Part shown: positions 20,035-30,888 of the stretch, in pieces
How positions within the stretch are numbered: position 1 is the first letter of the stretch
How the letters are laid out: each line of letters opens with the position of its first letter
NCBI GenBank assembly: GCA_022823055.1
Contig: JAJDXX010000035.1
Span: forward strand, 22,054-86,053
Direction of reading: 5' to 3'
Length of the DNA: 64,000 nucleotides
DNA from: Candidatus Binatia bacterium
GTDB taxonomy: Bacteria; Desulfobacterota; Binatia; UBA9968; JAJDTQ01
Program-made: the position numbers and the translations under genes
The notes under the pieces: generated by a model
What the model was told of the DNA's origin: nothing
The model's input: the letters and a program-made list of their open reading frames with translations, nothing else
Database searches by the model: none

Positions 20035-20634
20035 TTGCACGGCCGGCGCGCCTTGCGGTTGGCGTTCGCGCTGGCGGCGGCGCTCCTGGCGGGCGCCTGC
20101 GGCTACCGGTTCGTGGGTCCCGGTGCGGGATTGCCGGACGATGTCCGAACCGTCTACCTCGAGCGTTTCCTCAATCAGACCCGCGTCACCGGCCTGGAAC
20201 ACGGGGTGGGGCTGGCGTTGCGACGGGAACTCGCCGGCGCGGAGCGGCCGCGGGTGGTGGACCGGTTCGAGGACGCGGACGCGGTCCTTTCGGGAGTGAT
20301 TCGCCACTATGGCAGCCGAAACCTGTCGGTGGACAGAGCGGACCGGGTGCTGCAGTCGGAAGCCCGGCTCGACGCGGAGGTCACGCTGCGGCGGCGGTCG
20401 TCGCGGGAAGTCTTGTGGCCGCGGCAGGTGGTGCGGTTGCGGGAAGTTTACGAGGGCGCCCGCGGGGCCGTGGTCCCCGGTTCCGGCGAATTTCTGCGCG
20501 ACGCCATCGATACCGGCGACGTCGGCCGTCTGAGCGACGCCGCGATTGCGGAGAGTTCTCGAATGGCCGCGAGGGAACGGTTGCTGCTGCGGCTGGCTCG
20601 TGTCATCCGGCAGCGGATGGCGGAGGGGTTCTGA
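20035..20634 (+). CDS. lptE: LPS-assembly lipoprotein LptE
   Basis: TTG start 5 nt after leuS stop; lipobox LLAGAC followed by GYRF (compare E. coli ITAGCGWHLR); conserved leuS-lptE synteny. Confidence 0.6.
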   Translation: MHGRRALRLAFALAAALLAGACGYRFVGPGAGLPDDVRTVYLERFLNQTRVTGLEHGVGLALRRELAGAERPRVVDRFEDADAVLSGVIRHYGSRNLSVDRADRVLQSEARLDAEVTLRRRSSREVLWPRQVVRLREVYEGARGAVVPGSGEFLRDAIDTGDVGRLSDAAIAESSRMAARERLLLRLARVIRQRMAEGF

Positions 20635-20654
20635 GGGGCGCCCTGGGCGGCCGT

Positions 20655-20924
20655 CTACGAGGAAGCGGCCTGATGCGCCGCCCGCGCCAACCGCGCCATC
20701 TTGCGCGAGGCCGTGTTGCGCTTGAGCACGCCCTTGAGTACGGCCTTGTCGAGCAGCCCGTTCACTTCCTTGATCTTCTCCGCGATGGCATCGCGGTCCT
20801 TGCTCTCGATCGCCACCCGGGTCTTCTTGACCAGGGTCCTGACCCGGGAGCGGAACGCCTGGTTGCGCAGTTGGCGTTGCACGCTTTGCTTGTGCCGTTT
20901 GATGGCCGACTTGTGGTTCGCCAA
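20655..20924 (-). CDS. rpsT: 30S ribosomal protein S20
   Basis: LANHKSAIKRHKQSVQR...; TTG start preceded by AGGAGG; longer upstream ORF extension rejected. Confidence 0.8.
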   Translation of the reverse strand: MANHKSAIKRHKQSVQRQLRNQAFRSRVRTLVKKTRVAIESKDRDAIAEKIKEVNGLLDKAVLKGVLKRNTASRKMARLARAAHQAASS

Positions 20925-20959
20925 GATGTACCTCCTAGAGGCTGTTTCTGTAGCACCGC

Positions 20960-22639
20960 ATGAGTGAAGAGTCAACGGCGAGGGAGCTTGGCCGGGTCGC
21001 GAAGGCCACGGGTATCGTGGGCTCCATGACCCTGTTGAGCCGCTTCACGGGCCTTGCCAGGGATGTCGTCATCGGGTACCTGCTCGGGGCGCGGAGTGCC
21101 GCCGACGCGTTTTTCGTTGCTTTCCGGATCCCCAACCTGTTGCGGCGCTTGACCGCCGAGGGCGCCCTGTCCGCCGGCTTCGTGCCGGTCCTGTCCCAGG
21201 TCCTCGCCACCCGGGGGCGCCGGGAAGCGATCGAGGCGAGCCGCGTGATCATGACCTTCGCGGTGCTTTTCCTCCTGGTGGTGACCGCCGCCGGCGTGCT
21301 CTTCCCGGCACCGTTGACCTGGCTGTTCGCGCCGGGTTTCTCCGCCGCGCCCGAGAAGTTCTCCCTCACGGTCCGGCTGGTCCGCATCATGTTCCCCAGC
21401 ATCTTCTTCATGAGTCTCGTGGCGCTGTGCATGGGGTACCTGAACACGTTCCGCCACTTCATGGCGCCGTCGCTGGCGCCGGTGTTGCAGAACCTGTCCA
21501 TCATCGCGGCGGCCTTTCTGCTGATCCCGCTGCTGTCACAACCGGTCATGAGCCTGGCCTACGGCGTCCTGCTGGGCGGCGCCGCGCAGCTCGCACTGCA
21601 GCTCCCCTTCCTGCGGCGGCACGGCTTCTCCTGGCTCCCCAACCCGAACTTCCGCAGCCCCGCGCTCTACAGGTTTCTGCGGCTCATGGGTCCGGCGGTC
21701 ATCGGCGCCGCCGTCTACCAGTTGAACGTGCTGGTGAGCACCATCCTGGCCTCGTTGCTGGAGCCTGGAAGCGTCTCCTACCTCTACTATGCCGACCGTC
21801 TGTTGCAGTTCCCCTTGGGGGTGTTCGCCGTGGCCCTGGGCACGGCCGCGCTGCCGAGCTTCTCCTCGCTGGCCGCGCGTCAGGACATCGACGGATTGCG
21901 GACGACACTCGGCTACTCGCTACGGATGGTGAACTTCATCTCGTTGCCGTCCGCCCTGGGGCTGATGGTCGTCGCCGTGCCGGCGTTCTCACTGCTGTTC
22001 CAACGGGGTGCGTTCGACGCGGCCGACGTCGCCGCCTGCGCTCATGCGTTGGTCTTCCTGGCCCTGGGCTTGTGGGGCGTCTCCGCCGCGCGCGTCCTCG
22101 TTCCCGTGTTCCACGCCATGCAGGACACGAGAACGCCGATGCGGGTGGCGTTCCTGACCTTCGTGTTGAACTTCCTTCTGAGCCTGGCGCTGATGGGACC
22201 GGTCGGAACGGCGGGGGCGGGCAACGCTTTCGTCACGGTGGTGGCGGCCCTCGGCGGGGGCATCGGGCTGCTGAGCCTCTCTTACGCCGGGCTCGCGTTG
22301 GCCAACTCGCTGTCGGCGACCTTCCAGTTCGCGGCGCTCTTGTGGCTGATGACGCGACGGCTCGGAGGATTCGCCTGGAGTGACTACGGGTCGTCGCTTT
22401 GGCGCAATCTCGCCGCCGCCGCCGTCATGGCCGGTCCGCTGGCTCTGGTGGCGGCACGTGTGCAGTGGGGATCCGCGACGCTGTTCGCGCAGGTTCCGAT
22501 TTTCGGCGCTCTGCTTGCGGGCGGAGTCGTGCTGTACGCTACGGCCGCGAAGCTTTTGCGCAGTCCGGACTGGCCGCTCGCCCGGAAGATGGGAATCTCT
22601 CTGATCGAGAGACTCCCCATCTTCCACGAGAAGAAGTGA
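20960..22639 (+). CDS. murJ: Lipid II flippase MurJ (MviN)
   Basis: TLLSRFTGLARDVVIGYLLGARSAADAFFVAFRIPNLLRRLTAEGALSAGFVPVL; ~14 TM helices; divergent from rpsT as in many bacteria. Confidence 0.85.
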   Translation: MSEESTARELGRVAKATGIVGSMTLLSRFTGLARDVVIGYLLGARSAADAFFVAFRIPNLLRRLTAEGALSAGFVPVLSQVLATRGRREAIEASRVIMTFAVLFLLVVTAAGVLFPAPLTWLFAPGFSAAPEKFSLTVRLVRIMFPSIFFMSLVALCMGYLNTFRHFMAPSLAPVLQNLSIIAAAFLLIPLLSQPVMSLAYGVLLGGAAQLALQLPFLRRHGFSWLPNPNFRSPALYRFLRLMGPAVIGAAVYQLNVLVSTILASLLEPGSVSYLYYADRLLQFPLGVFAVALGTAALPSFSSLAARQDIDGLRTTLGYSLRMVNFISLPSALGLMVVAVPAFSLLFQRGAFDAADVAACAHALVFLALGLWGVSAARVLVPVFHAMQDTRTPMRVAFLTFVLNFLLSLALMGPVGTAGAGNAFVTVVAALGGGIGLLSLSYAGLALANSLSATFQFAALLWLMTRRLGGFAWSDYGSSLWRNLAAAAVMAGPLALVAARVQWGSATLFAQVPIFGALLAGGVVLYATAAKLLRSPDWPLARKMGISLIERLPIFHEKK

Positions 22640-22667
22640 GGTGAGGTGGGGTTGTAAGCGTGTCCGC

Positions 22668-23024
22668 TTACTTCTTCATGGACTTTTCGAACGCGGCCTC
22701 CGCCTTCGCGGCAGCGCGCTCGGCGCGTTCCGCCGCGGCTTCGGCGCGAGCGGCGGCCTCGCCGGCCTTTGCGGCGGCGGCTTCAGCCTGCTTGGCAGCG
22801 GCCGAGGCCTTGTCGGCGGCAGCATTCGCGCCCGAGCCCGCGGCTTCCGCCTTCTTGGTCGCGTTCTCCACCGCCTGGACGTTCACCTTGTAGTCCGGAT
22901 GCTCGTGCTCGGGAATACAGCCGGTGCCGAGCAGCGCCACGGCAGCCAATGCGATGGCGGACCTTCCGGCCAAACTGGCGAATTTCGTTGAAAGCTTCAC
23001 AGGTGCCTCCTTCTGGGACGTCAT
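22668..23024 (-). CDS. Ala-rich coiled-coil lipoprotein (Lpp-like, low complexity)
   Basis: Signal peptide + lipobox LLGTGC, then an (A/E/K)-rich predicted helix; on the opposite strand the GC-rich repeats also read as poly-Ala (overlapping ORF artefacts). Confidence 0.5.
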   Translation of the reverse strand: MTSQKEAPVKLSTKFASLAGRSAIALAAVALLGTGCIPEHEHPDYKVNVQAVENATKKAEAAGSGANAAADKASAAAKQAEAAAAKAGEAAARAEAAAERAERAAAKAEAAFEKSMKK

Positions 23025-23235
23025 GTTTTTGACATCACGTTAAGAGTGACGTGGATTGCGCGGCATCTTAGCTTGAATCTTAAGAAAACTCAACAGTTTG
23101 TTCTCAATTCCGGCCGTCTAAAGCCGGGTGGGGGCAAATAACGCCGCTTTCGTCGCGTGCTGTCCGATGATCTGATACACACAGGTAGACCCGGGTCCGC
23201 AGCCCGCGGGCGAAGGATACCCGGCGCGCCGGCCG

Positions 23236-23982
23236 TTGGAACGCCCGTATATGACCGACGATCCGATCCTGCCCAAGTTCGTCCACCAGATGGAGCGGAT
23301 ACGCTCGTGCCTGGCATGGTCGCTGGCCGCGGTGTTCGTTCCGTTCGTCCTGGGCTTTCTGCTGGCGCCGCAACTCTTCGAAGTCCTGGTAGAGCCCCTC
23401 AAGAGCCGGCTTGAACCCGGGCAGAGCCTCATCGGCACGGGCGTGGCGGAGGTCTTCTTCGTCGAGATCAAGGTGGCGTTTCTCGCCGGAGTGCTCGCCG
23501 GGAGCCCGGTCATCTTCCTCCAGTCGTGGCGCATGGTGGCGCCGGCGTTTGGCGCCGAGGGAAAGACCCGATACATGGTGGGTTTCGTCAGCGCCACCAC
23601 CATGTTCTTCCTTTCCGGCGCGCTTTTCTGCTACCGGACCGTCCTGCCGGTGGCGTTTCTGTATTTCCTGGACCAGTACGGGTCCCTGCAGGTCGAACCG
23701 GAGATCCGCGTCTCCGAGTATTTCTCGTTCTTCTTCCGCATCGTCGTCGCCTTCGGCGTGACCTTCCAACTGCCGGTGTTCTCGTTCTTCCTGGCGCGTG
23801 CGGGCATCTGGGACCACCGCTTCCTGTGGCACCATTTCCGCTACGCCGTTCTGGTGATGTTCGTGCTCGCGGCGGTGCTGACCCCCCCGGACGTGGTCTC
23901 TCAGGTGCTCCTGGCGGGCCCCCTCATCGGCCTCTATCTCGCGAGCATCGGCGTGGCGTATCTCTTCGGGCGCAAGCCGTAA
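23236..23982 (+). CDS. tatC: Sec-independent protein translocase TatC
   Basis: LGFLLAPQLFEVLVEPL...; six predicted TM helices; family-typical length. Confidence 0.85.
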   Translation: MERPYMTDDPILPKFVHQMERIRSCLAWSLAAVFVPFVLGFLLAPQLFEVLVEPLKSRLEPGQSLIGTGVAEVFFVEIKVAFLAGVLAGSPVIFLQSWRMVAPAFGAEGKTRYMVGFVSATTMFFLSGALFCYRTVLPVAFLYFLDQYGSLQVEPEIRVSEYFSFFFRIVVAFGVTFQLPVFSFFLARAGIWDHRFLWHHFRYAVLVMFVLAAVLTPPDVVSQVLLAGPLIGLYLASIGVAYLFGRKP

Positions 23983-24002
23983 CGGCCCGCGCCGGGACCG
24001 CG

Positions 24003-24767
24003 TCAGTCGGCGTAATCGGGCTCTTCCCGGTCGAGAATGCGTTTGAGGGCGGCGAAGTGCAGTTCGGCGGCCGGGTTCTCGCCTTCACCCCGTTGGCGCC
24101 GCAACAGTTCGGCGGTCTCGTGCGTGATGCGCTGGAGCGGGTGTCCACCCATCTCCGCCAGCACCTGCACCTTGCAGGCGCGTTCCAGGAAATAGAGCCG
24201 GTCGAAGGCTTCCGCGACGGTTCTGCCGGCGGTGATGACGCCGTGATTGGCCATGAAGAGCACGTTCTTGTCGCCCATCACCCGCGCGATGCGGTTCCCT
24301 TCCGTGCGGTCGAGGACGAGTCCGTTGTAATCTTCGAGGTAGGCGACGTCGCCGTCGAACCGGCTGCTCACCTGATGCACCATCTCCAGGCGTCCGCCCT
24401 GCCGGCAGGCGATGGCGCTGGCGTAGGGCATGTGGGTGTGCAGCACGCAGCGGAACCCGCGCGGGTTGGCCTCGTGCAGCGGCGCGTGGATGTGCAGCGC
24501 GGTGGGCTCCACCTCGTGCTCGCCTTCCAGGCGGTTCCCCTCGAAATCCGCCAGCAGGAGGTTCCCGGCCGTCACTTCCGTCCAGTGCAGCGGATAGGGG
24601 TTCAACAGCATCAGCTCGTCCTGGCCGGGCAGGAGCAGGCTGAAGTGGTTGTCGATGGCCTCGTGAAAGCCGAACCGCACCGCGAGCCGGTAGGCGGCGG
24701 CGAGATCCACCCGCGCCTGCCGCGCCGCCTCCCGGTCGTACAACCGTGTTTCTTCAGGCTTCGCCAC
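24003..24767 (-). CDS. Class II aldolase/adducin family protein
   Basis: LHTHMPYASAIA...HGVITAGRTVAEAFDRLYFLERACKVQ; GTG start at 24767 preceded by AAGGAGG. Confidence 0.7.
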   Translation of the reverse strand: MAKPEETRLYDREAARQARVDLAAAYRLAVRFGFHEAIDNHFSLLLPGQDELMLLNPYPLHWTEVTAGNLLLADFEGNRLEGEHEVEPTALHIHAPLHEANPRGFRCVLHTHMPYASAIACRQGGRLEMVHQVSSRFDGDVAYLEDYNGLVLDRTEGNRIARVMGDKNVLFMANHGVITAGRTVAEAFDRLYFLERACKVQVLAEMGGHPLQRITHETAELLRRQRGEGENPAAELHFAALKRILDREEPDYAD

Positions 24768-24871
24768 TTTTGCCTCCTTGCAACCGTCCCTTGACCCATG
24801 TGTTGACGCAGGGCCGTGGAGGTGATTTGTAACAAATCGGCCGCACGGCGCAAATGCCCCGGGGTTCATTC

Positions 24872-26362
24872 ATGCACACGCTCGAACAGCTCTACACCAA
24901 TTCGCTCGCGCTTCTCACGGACCTCTACCAACTCACCATGGCGTACGCCTACTGGAAGTCCGGGACCGACACGAAGGAAGCCGTGTTCCATCTTTCGTTC
25001 CGCGAGAACCCCTACCAAGGAGGCTTTGCCGTGGGTTGCGGCCTTGGGCACGTGGTGGGGGTGCTCACCCGGTTCGGGTTCGACGCCAGCGACCTCGAAT
25101 ATCTGTCGGGGCTGCGCGGCAACGACGGCGAGCGGATGTTCGAGGACGCCTTCCTGGACTATCTGCGGGAGGCCCGCTTCGCCTGCGACGTGGACGCGGT
25201 GCCGGAGGGAACGGTGGTGTTTCCTCACGAGCCCCTGGTGCGGGTGCGCGGCCCCATCCTGCAATGCCAGATCCTGGAGACGGTGCTGCTCAACATCCTC
25301 TGCTTCCAGACTCTCATTGCCACCAAGGCGGCGCGGGTGTGCCAGTCGGCACGCGGGGAGGCCGTGCTGGAGTTCGGGCTCAGGCGCGCCCAAGGGTTCG
25401 ACGGCGCCCTGGCGGCGAGCCGTGCGGCCTACGTGGGCGGGTGCGCGGGAACCTCCAACGCCCTGGCCGGCAAGCTCTTCGACATTCCGGTCAAGGGCAC
25501 CCACGCGCACAGTTGGGTGCTGTCCTTCAACGACGAGATGGAAGCCTTCGACACGTATGCCGACGCCATGCCCAACAACTGCCTGCTGCTGGTGGACACG
25601 TTCGACAGTCTGAACGGGGTGCGCAAGGCGGTGGAGGTGGGGCGCAAGCTGCGGGAGCGCGGCCACGAGATGGTGGGCATCCGCCTGGACTCGGGCGATC
25701 TGGCGTTTCTGAGCATCGAGGCGCGCCGCATACTGGACGAAGCTGGCTTCTCCGATGCGGTGATCGTCGGCAGCAACGACCTGGACGAGCACCTGATCGC
25801 GTCCCTCAAGGAGGAGGGCGCACGCATCAACGTCTGGGGCGTCGGCACACGGCTCGCCACCGCCTTTGACCAGCCTGCTCTCGGCGGCGTCTACAAGCTG
25901 TCTTGCGTCCGTTCCGTGGACAACGGCAACGAGTGGATCAACAAGGTGAAGCTCTCGGAACAGGCCGTCAAGGTGTCGACGCCCGGCATCCTCCAGACGC
26001 GGCGTTTTCGCCAGGGCGACCGGTACGTGGCAGACGCCATCTACGACGAGAACCTGAGTATCGCCGACGGCTGCACCATCGTCGACCCCATGAACATGAC
26101 CCGCAGGAAGCACATCGCCGCCGGCACCGAGTGCCAGGACCTGCTGGTGCCGGTGTTCCGCGGCGGCGAGCTGGTGTACGACGTACCCTCGGTGCACGCG
26201 GCCAAGGAGAAGACCCAGGCCGAGCTGTCGTGTTTCCACAACAGCATCAAGCGCCGGGTCAACCCGCACGAATATCCTGTCGGACTGGAGGCGCGCCTCC
26301 ACGAGATGAAGACCAGGCTGGTGCTCCAGGCCCGCGGCGACAACGGAGTGGCGGGCCGGTGA
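24872..26362 (+). CDS. pncB: Nicotinate phosphoribosyltransferase
   Basis: LLTDLYQLTMAYAYWKSG...LEFGLRRAQG...VKGTHAHSWV...GIRLDSGDL. Confidence 0.8.
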   Translation: MHTLEQLYTNSLALLTDLYQLTMAYAYWKSGTDTKEAVFHLSFRENPYQGGFAVGCGLGHVVGVLTRFGFDASDLEYLSGLRGNDGERMFEDAFLDYLREARFACDVDAVPEGTVVFPHEPLVRVRGPILQCQILETVLLNILCFQTLIATKAARVCQSARGEAVLEFGLRRAQGFDGALAASRAAYVGGCAGTSNALAGKLFDIPVKGTHAHSWVLSFNDEMEAFDTYADAMPNNCLLLVDTFDSLNGVRKAVEVGRKLRERGHEMVGIRLDSGDLAFLSIEARRILDEAGFSDAVIVGSNDLDEHLIASLKEEGARINVWGVGTRLATAFDQPALGGVYKLSCVRSVDNGNEWINKVKLSEQAVKVSTPGILQTRRFRQGDRYVADAIYDENLSIADGCTIVDPMNMTRRKHIAAGTECQDLLVPVFRGGELVYDVPSVHAAKEKTQAELSCFHNSIKRRVNPHEYPVGLEARLHEMKTRLVLQARGDNGVAGR

Positions 26363-26393
26363 CGGCGGGCGGCACGCTGCTCCAAGGACCCTC

Positions 26394-27605
26394 ATGAAGG
26401 CGCTTGAACAGATTCGCGGCCTGGCCGCGCAAGTGGGCCGGGAACGCCTCCGCTTCCTTGGTTTCATCACCCTGGCGCACCTCGCCATCCACTGGTTCAT
26501 GCAGCTTATCACCATGCTCCTTCCCACCCTCAAGGCCGGCATGGGGCTCAACGACGTTCAGGTGGGTGGCCTGTCCTCCATGCGCATGTTCGGCCAGGCC
26601 GCCCAGGACGTTCCGTCCGGCATCATTGCCGACACCTGGGTGCGCCTGCGCGGGCTCATCGTGACCGCCTCGCTGGTGTGCATGGGACTCTGCTACTGGG
26701 TGCTGGGGGCGTTGCCCGGGTATGGCTGGGCGCTGTTCGCCGTGGCGCTCCTGGCCACCGGGACCACCCTGTTCCATCCCGCGTCGGTGGCCTCGCTGTC
26801 GAACCGGTTCCCGGAGAGCCGGGGCACGGCCGTGGCGCTCTACGGCATGGGCGCCACCCTGGGCAACACCGTCACCTACGTGACAGTCGGCTTCCTGCTG
26901 GCCAGCTTCTCGTGGCAGGCCCTGGCGGAGAGCCAGCTCCTGGTGGCGCTGGCGTGCGCCGGCCTCGTGTGGCTGTACGGCGCGCGCATGTTCGAGGGCG
27001 ACGAGGTTCCGACGAAGAAACCCAGGCCGTTCCAGGAGCTCAAGGTGCTGGCGCGGAACCCGGCGATCGTGGTGGTGACGCTGGTGCGAAGCTTCAACCA
27101 GATCGCGCGGCAGGTGGCGATTACCTTCCTGCCCATCTACATCGTCGAGCACCTGGGCCTGTCCAACCCCGAGATGGGAATTTATCTGACGCCGATGGCG
27201 GTGTCGGGCCTGATCGCCCAGCCCATAATGGGAGTGCTGTCGGACCGGCTGGGCCGCAAGGTGGTTCTGGCGCCTTCGCTGGTGGCCCTTGGGCTCACCT
27301 ATTTCCTGCTGCGATGGGCGCCCCCGGGCCTGGCGCTGGGGGCCGTCGTCTTCGCCATGGGGTTTCTCTTCTACACGGTGGCCAACGTGACCACGACGGT
27401 TGCGCTCGACGTGGCGGACAAGGAGAGTCAGGCATCCTCCTTCGGACTGGTGTCCCTGGGCACACACATTCTGGTGGTTCCGGCGCCCACGCTGGCGGGA
27501 TATCTCAGCGAGCGTTTCGGCATCATGGCCGCCTTCTTCTTCCCCGGCGTCTGCCTGCTCGTGGGGGCGTGCATGGTCATTCCTCTGCGGCTTCGCAGGG
27601 ATTGA
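26394..27605 (+). CDS. MFS transporter
   Basis: 12 predicted TM helices; MFS-type loop motifs (GVLSDRLGRK). Confidence 0.7.
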   Translation: MKALEQIRGLAAQVGRERLRFLGFITLAHLAIHWFMQLITMLLPTLKAGMGLNDVQVGGLSSMRMFGQAAQDVPSGIIADTWVRLRGLIVTASLVCMGLCYWVLGALPGYGWALFAVALLATGTTLFHPASVASLSNRFPESRGTAVALYGMGATLGNTVTYVTVGFLLASFSWQALAESQLLVALACAGLVWLYGARMFEGDEVPTKKPRPFQELKVLARNPAIVVVTLVRSFNQIARQVAITFLPIYIVEHLGLSNPEMGIYLTPMAVSGLIAQPIMGVLSDRLGRKVVLAPSLVALGLTYFLLRWAPPGLALGAVVFAMGFLFYTVANVTTTVALDVADKESQASSFGLVSLGTHILVVPAPTLAGYLSERFGIMAAFFFPGVCLLVGACMVIPLRLRRD

Positions 27606-27622
27606 AACGACAGTTCTCTCGC

Positions 27623-27792
27623 GACTTCATTCCCGGTCCCCCGGTCCGTCATTCCCGCGCAAGCGGGAATCCATGGGTGGGGGTGTGGCGGCACCATTGC
27701 CCCGGCCTCTCCCCGCCTGGATTCCCGCCCCCGATCGGGGTCGAGGGCAAGCTTGCGCGGGAATAACGGACCGGGGGACCGGGAATGAAGTC
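27623..27792. repeat. MITE-like palindromic intergenic repeat, copy 1 (core ATTCCC-N8-GGGAAT; 37-bp near-perfect terminal inverted repeats)
   Basis: GACTTCATTCCCGGTCCCCCGGTCCGTCATTCCCGCGCAAGCGGGAATCC...GGATTCCCGC...CGCGGGAATAACGGACCGGGGGACCGGGAATGAAGTC; related copies at 30750-30850 and 43160-43298. Confidence 0.85.
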
Positions 27793-27901
27793 ACAGGCGG
27801 GAACCACGTCGCACGTGACACGGGACTTGTAACCTGCTGGTTCATGTGACTAAGTTTCTCACGTCAGTGACGGGGTAACCCTAAGCCCACGGAGGTTTGC
27901 C

Positions 27902-28966
27902 ATGAGCGAGATTTCCGTTGTCGATGCCGACGGCCACCTGATCGAGTCCATACCCGAGATGGCCGAGTACATGGTGGCGGATGCCAAGGAGTACGCGCTG
28001 CATCCGCCGCGCAACCGCGCGGGAGTGTTCCCGTCCATCGACGGGATGCACTACCCCGAGACCGAGGAGATGACCGCGGAGAGCCGCGTCCATCCGGTGC
28101 GGGCCAGCGACGAGCGCGCGGGCTCGGGCGAGGACATCTTCGAGTTCGTCAAGAAGGCGGAGATCACCGACTCGGTCCTCTACGCCACCGAGGGGCTGTC
28201 CCTGGGCTTCATCCAGCAGCCGAGCTACGCGGTCAAGGTGTGCCGCGCCTACAACGACTACGTGATGGAGCGCTACCGCGGCATCAGCAAGCGGCTCCAT
28301 CCCATTGCATTGCTGCCCATGCAGGATCCCAAGGCCGCGGCCGCGGAGCTGCGCCGGTGCGTGAAGGAGCTGGGACTGCTGGGCGGCATGCTCCCGTCCA
28401 CCGGCCTGGGGCTGCATCTCGGCCACGAGTTCTACGCGCCCGTTTACGAAGAGGCGGCGGAGCTGGGCTGCGTGCTGGGCATCCACGGCGGCTCCAACCG
28501 CGGCGTGGGCCTGGACTCGTTCAGCAGCCGGCTGGGCTCCCGGCTGTTGCATCACCCGGTGCCGCTGATGATCGCGCTGGTGTCGTTCATCTACCATGGC
28601 TGGTTCGACCGCTACCCGACCCTCAAGGTGGCGTTCCTGGAGGGCGGGTGCGCCTGGCTCACCTGCATCGCCGACCGCATGGAGCGGGACGCGGAGCTGG
28701 AAGGGCTGTCGTGCAAGCCGCTGCCCGAGTACATCGCCAGCGGTCAGATCCTCATCGGCTGCGAGGGCAACGACGCGAGCCTGCCGTACCTGGCCCGGCG
28801 CGTGGGCATCGAGCCCTTCGCGTACTCCTCGGACTATCCCCACGAGGTGGACCTGCCCGCGGCGCGGAAGATGATCGAGGAGACGCGCGACCACGCGGAG
28901 CTGTCGGAAGGGGACAAGGTCGCCGTCCTTGGGGACAACGCGCGCCGCTTCTACGGCCTCCACTGA
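27902..28966 (+). CDS. Amidohydrolase_2 (PF04909; ACMSD/LigW-like metal-dependent hydrolase/decarboxylase) family protein
   Basis: VVDADGHLIES... N-terminus and ...SSDYPHEVD C-terminal metal-ligand motif typical of the amidohydrolase-2 TIM-barrel family. Confidence 0.75.
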   Translation: MSEISVVDADGHLIESIPEMAEYMVADAKEYALHPPRNRAGVFPSIDGMHYPETEEMTAESRVHPVRASDERAGSGEDIFEFVKKAEITDSVLYATEGLSLGFIQQPSYAVKVCRAYNDYVMERYRGISKRLHPIALLPMQDPKAAAAELRRCVKELGLLGGMLPSTGLGLHLGHEFYAPVYEEAAELGCVLGIHGGSNRGVGLDSFSSRLGSRLLHHPVPLMIALVSFIYHGWFDRYPTLKVAFLEGGCAWLTCIADRMERDAELEGLSCKPLPEYIASGQILIGCEGNDASLPYLARRVGIEPFAYSSDYPHEVDLPAARKMIEETRDHAELSEGDKVAVLGDNARRFYGLH

Positions 28967-28994
28967 GGCTCCGCCCTTCGGCCGCGGCCGGGGC

Positions 28995-29914
<920 letters not shown>

Positions 29915-29918
<4 letters not shown>

Positions 29919-30682
29919 ACCTCTCCTGGCGGCACGCCCTGTCGGTGTGGCGGCGCAACGCCACGATGTACCGCCGGACCTGGAGATGGAACATCCTGCC
30001 CAACTTCTTCGAGCCGGTGCTCTACCTCGTCTCCCTGGGCGTGGGCCTCGGCGCTTACATCACCACCATGGGCGGCACCTCCTACATCGAGTTCCTCGCT
30101 CCGGGGCTCGTGTGCGTGGCCGCCATGAACGGCGCGAGCTTCGAGGTGACCTACAACGTCTACGTGCGCATGAACATCGAGAAGGCCTACGACGCCATGC
30201 TCACCACCCCGATCCAGCCCGTGGACGTGGTGGCGGGCGAGTTGCTGTGGGCCATGACCCGGTCGTGCATGTACGGACTGTGCTTCGCCCTCGTGGTGGC
30301 CGCGGCCGGACTTGCGCCGCTGCCCCAGGCCCTGTGGGTGCTGGCGGTGATACCGCTCACGGGCCTGCTCTTCTCCGCCATCGGGCTGGCCTTCACCCTG
30401 CGCATCGGCACCATGGAACTCTACAGCTTCTACTTCACCCTGTTCCTGACGCCGCTGTTCCTCTTCTCGTCGGTCTTCTTCCCCCTGGAAGAACGCCTGT
30501 CCGCGTCCTGGCTCTGGGTCGCCGAGTGCCTGCCGCTGCTCCATCCCGTGCGTCTGGCGCGCGCCGCGTTCTCCGGCCAGCCGTCAACCACGCTAGTCTG
30601 GGACGTGGCCTACATCCTCGGCCTCTCCGGCGCGCTGGTGGCCTACGCCACCCGCCTGATGCAGCGCAAGCTGACGCAGTGA
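29915..30682 (+). CDS. ABC-2 family transporter permease
   Basis: GTG start overlapping ATPase stop (GTGA); 6 TM helices; ABC-2 N-terminus WRRNATMYRRTWRWNILPNFFEPVLYL. Confidence 0.7.
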
Positions 30683-30749
30683 CCCTCCTGAACCCCCGCT
30701 CTTCAGGCTGTGTCAAACCCCACTGAACAGGAAAGGGCACGCCCCCCGG

Positions 30750-30850
30750 AATCGTCATTCCCGCGGAAGCGGGAATCCAGGGGTGGTGGCGTGGCGGCTC
30801 CATTGTCCCGGCCCCACCCCGCCTGGATTCCCGCCTCCGCGGGAATGACA
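30750..30850. repeat. MITE-like palindromic repeat, copy 2 (shorter)
   Basis: GTCATTCCCGCGGAAGCGGGAATCCAGGGGTGG...CCACCCCGCCTGGATTCCCGCCTCCGCGGGAATGAC. Confidence 0.85.
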
Positions 30851-30888
30851 TATTCGTAACGACGGATGTTGTCGGCGGCGCCACCGAC

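Noticed and set aside
23025-23235. AT-richer divergent intergenic region with short inverted repeats (CACGT…ACGTG) between the lipoprotein gene and tatC
   Set aside because: Likely just divergent promoters. Repeats are too short (5 nt) to call an operator.
27400-27849. Small ORFs (for example 27428-27697 minus, 30435-30884 minus) encoding …HPWIPA(C/S)AGMT… peptides
   Set aside because: They are translations of the palindromic MITE-like repeat, a familiar artefact of such repeats, not genes.
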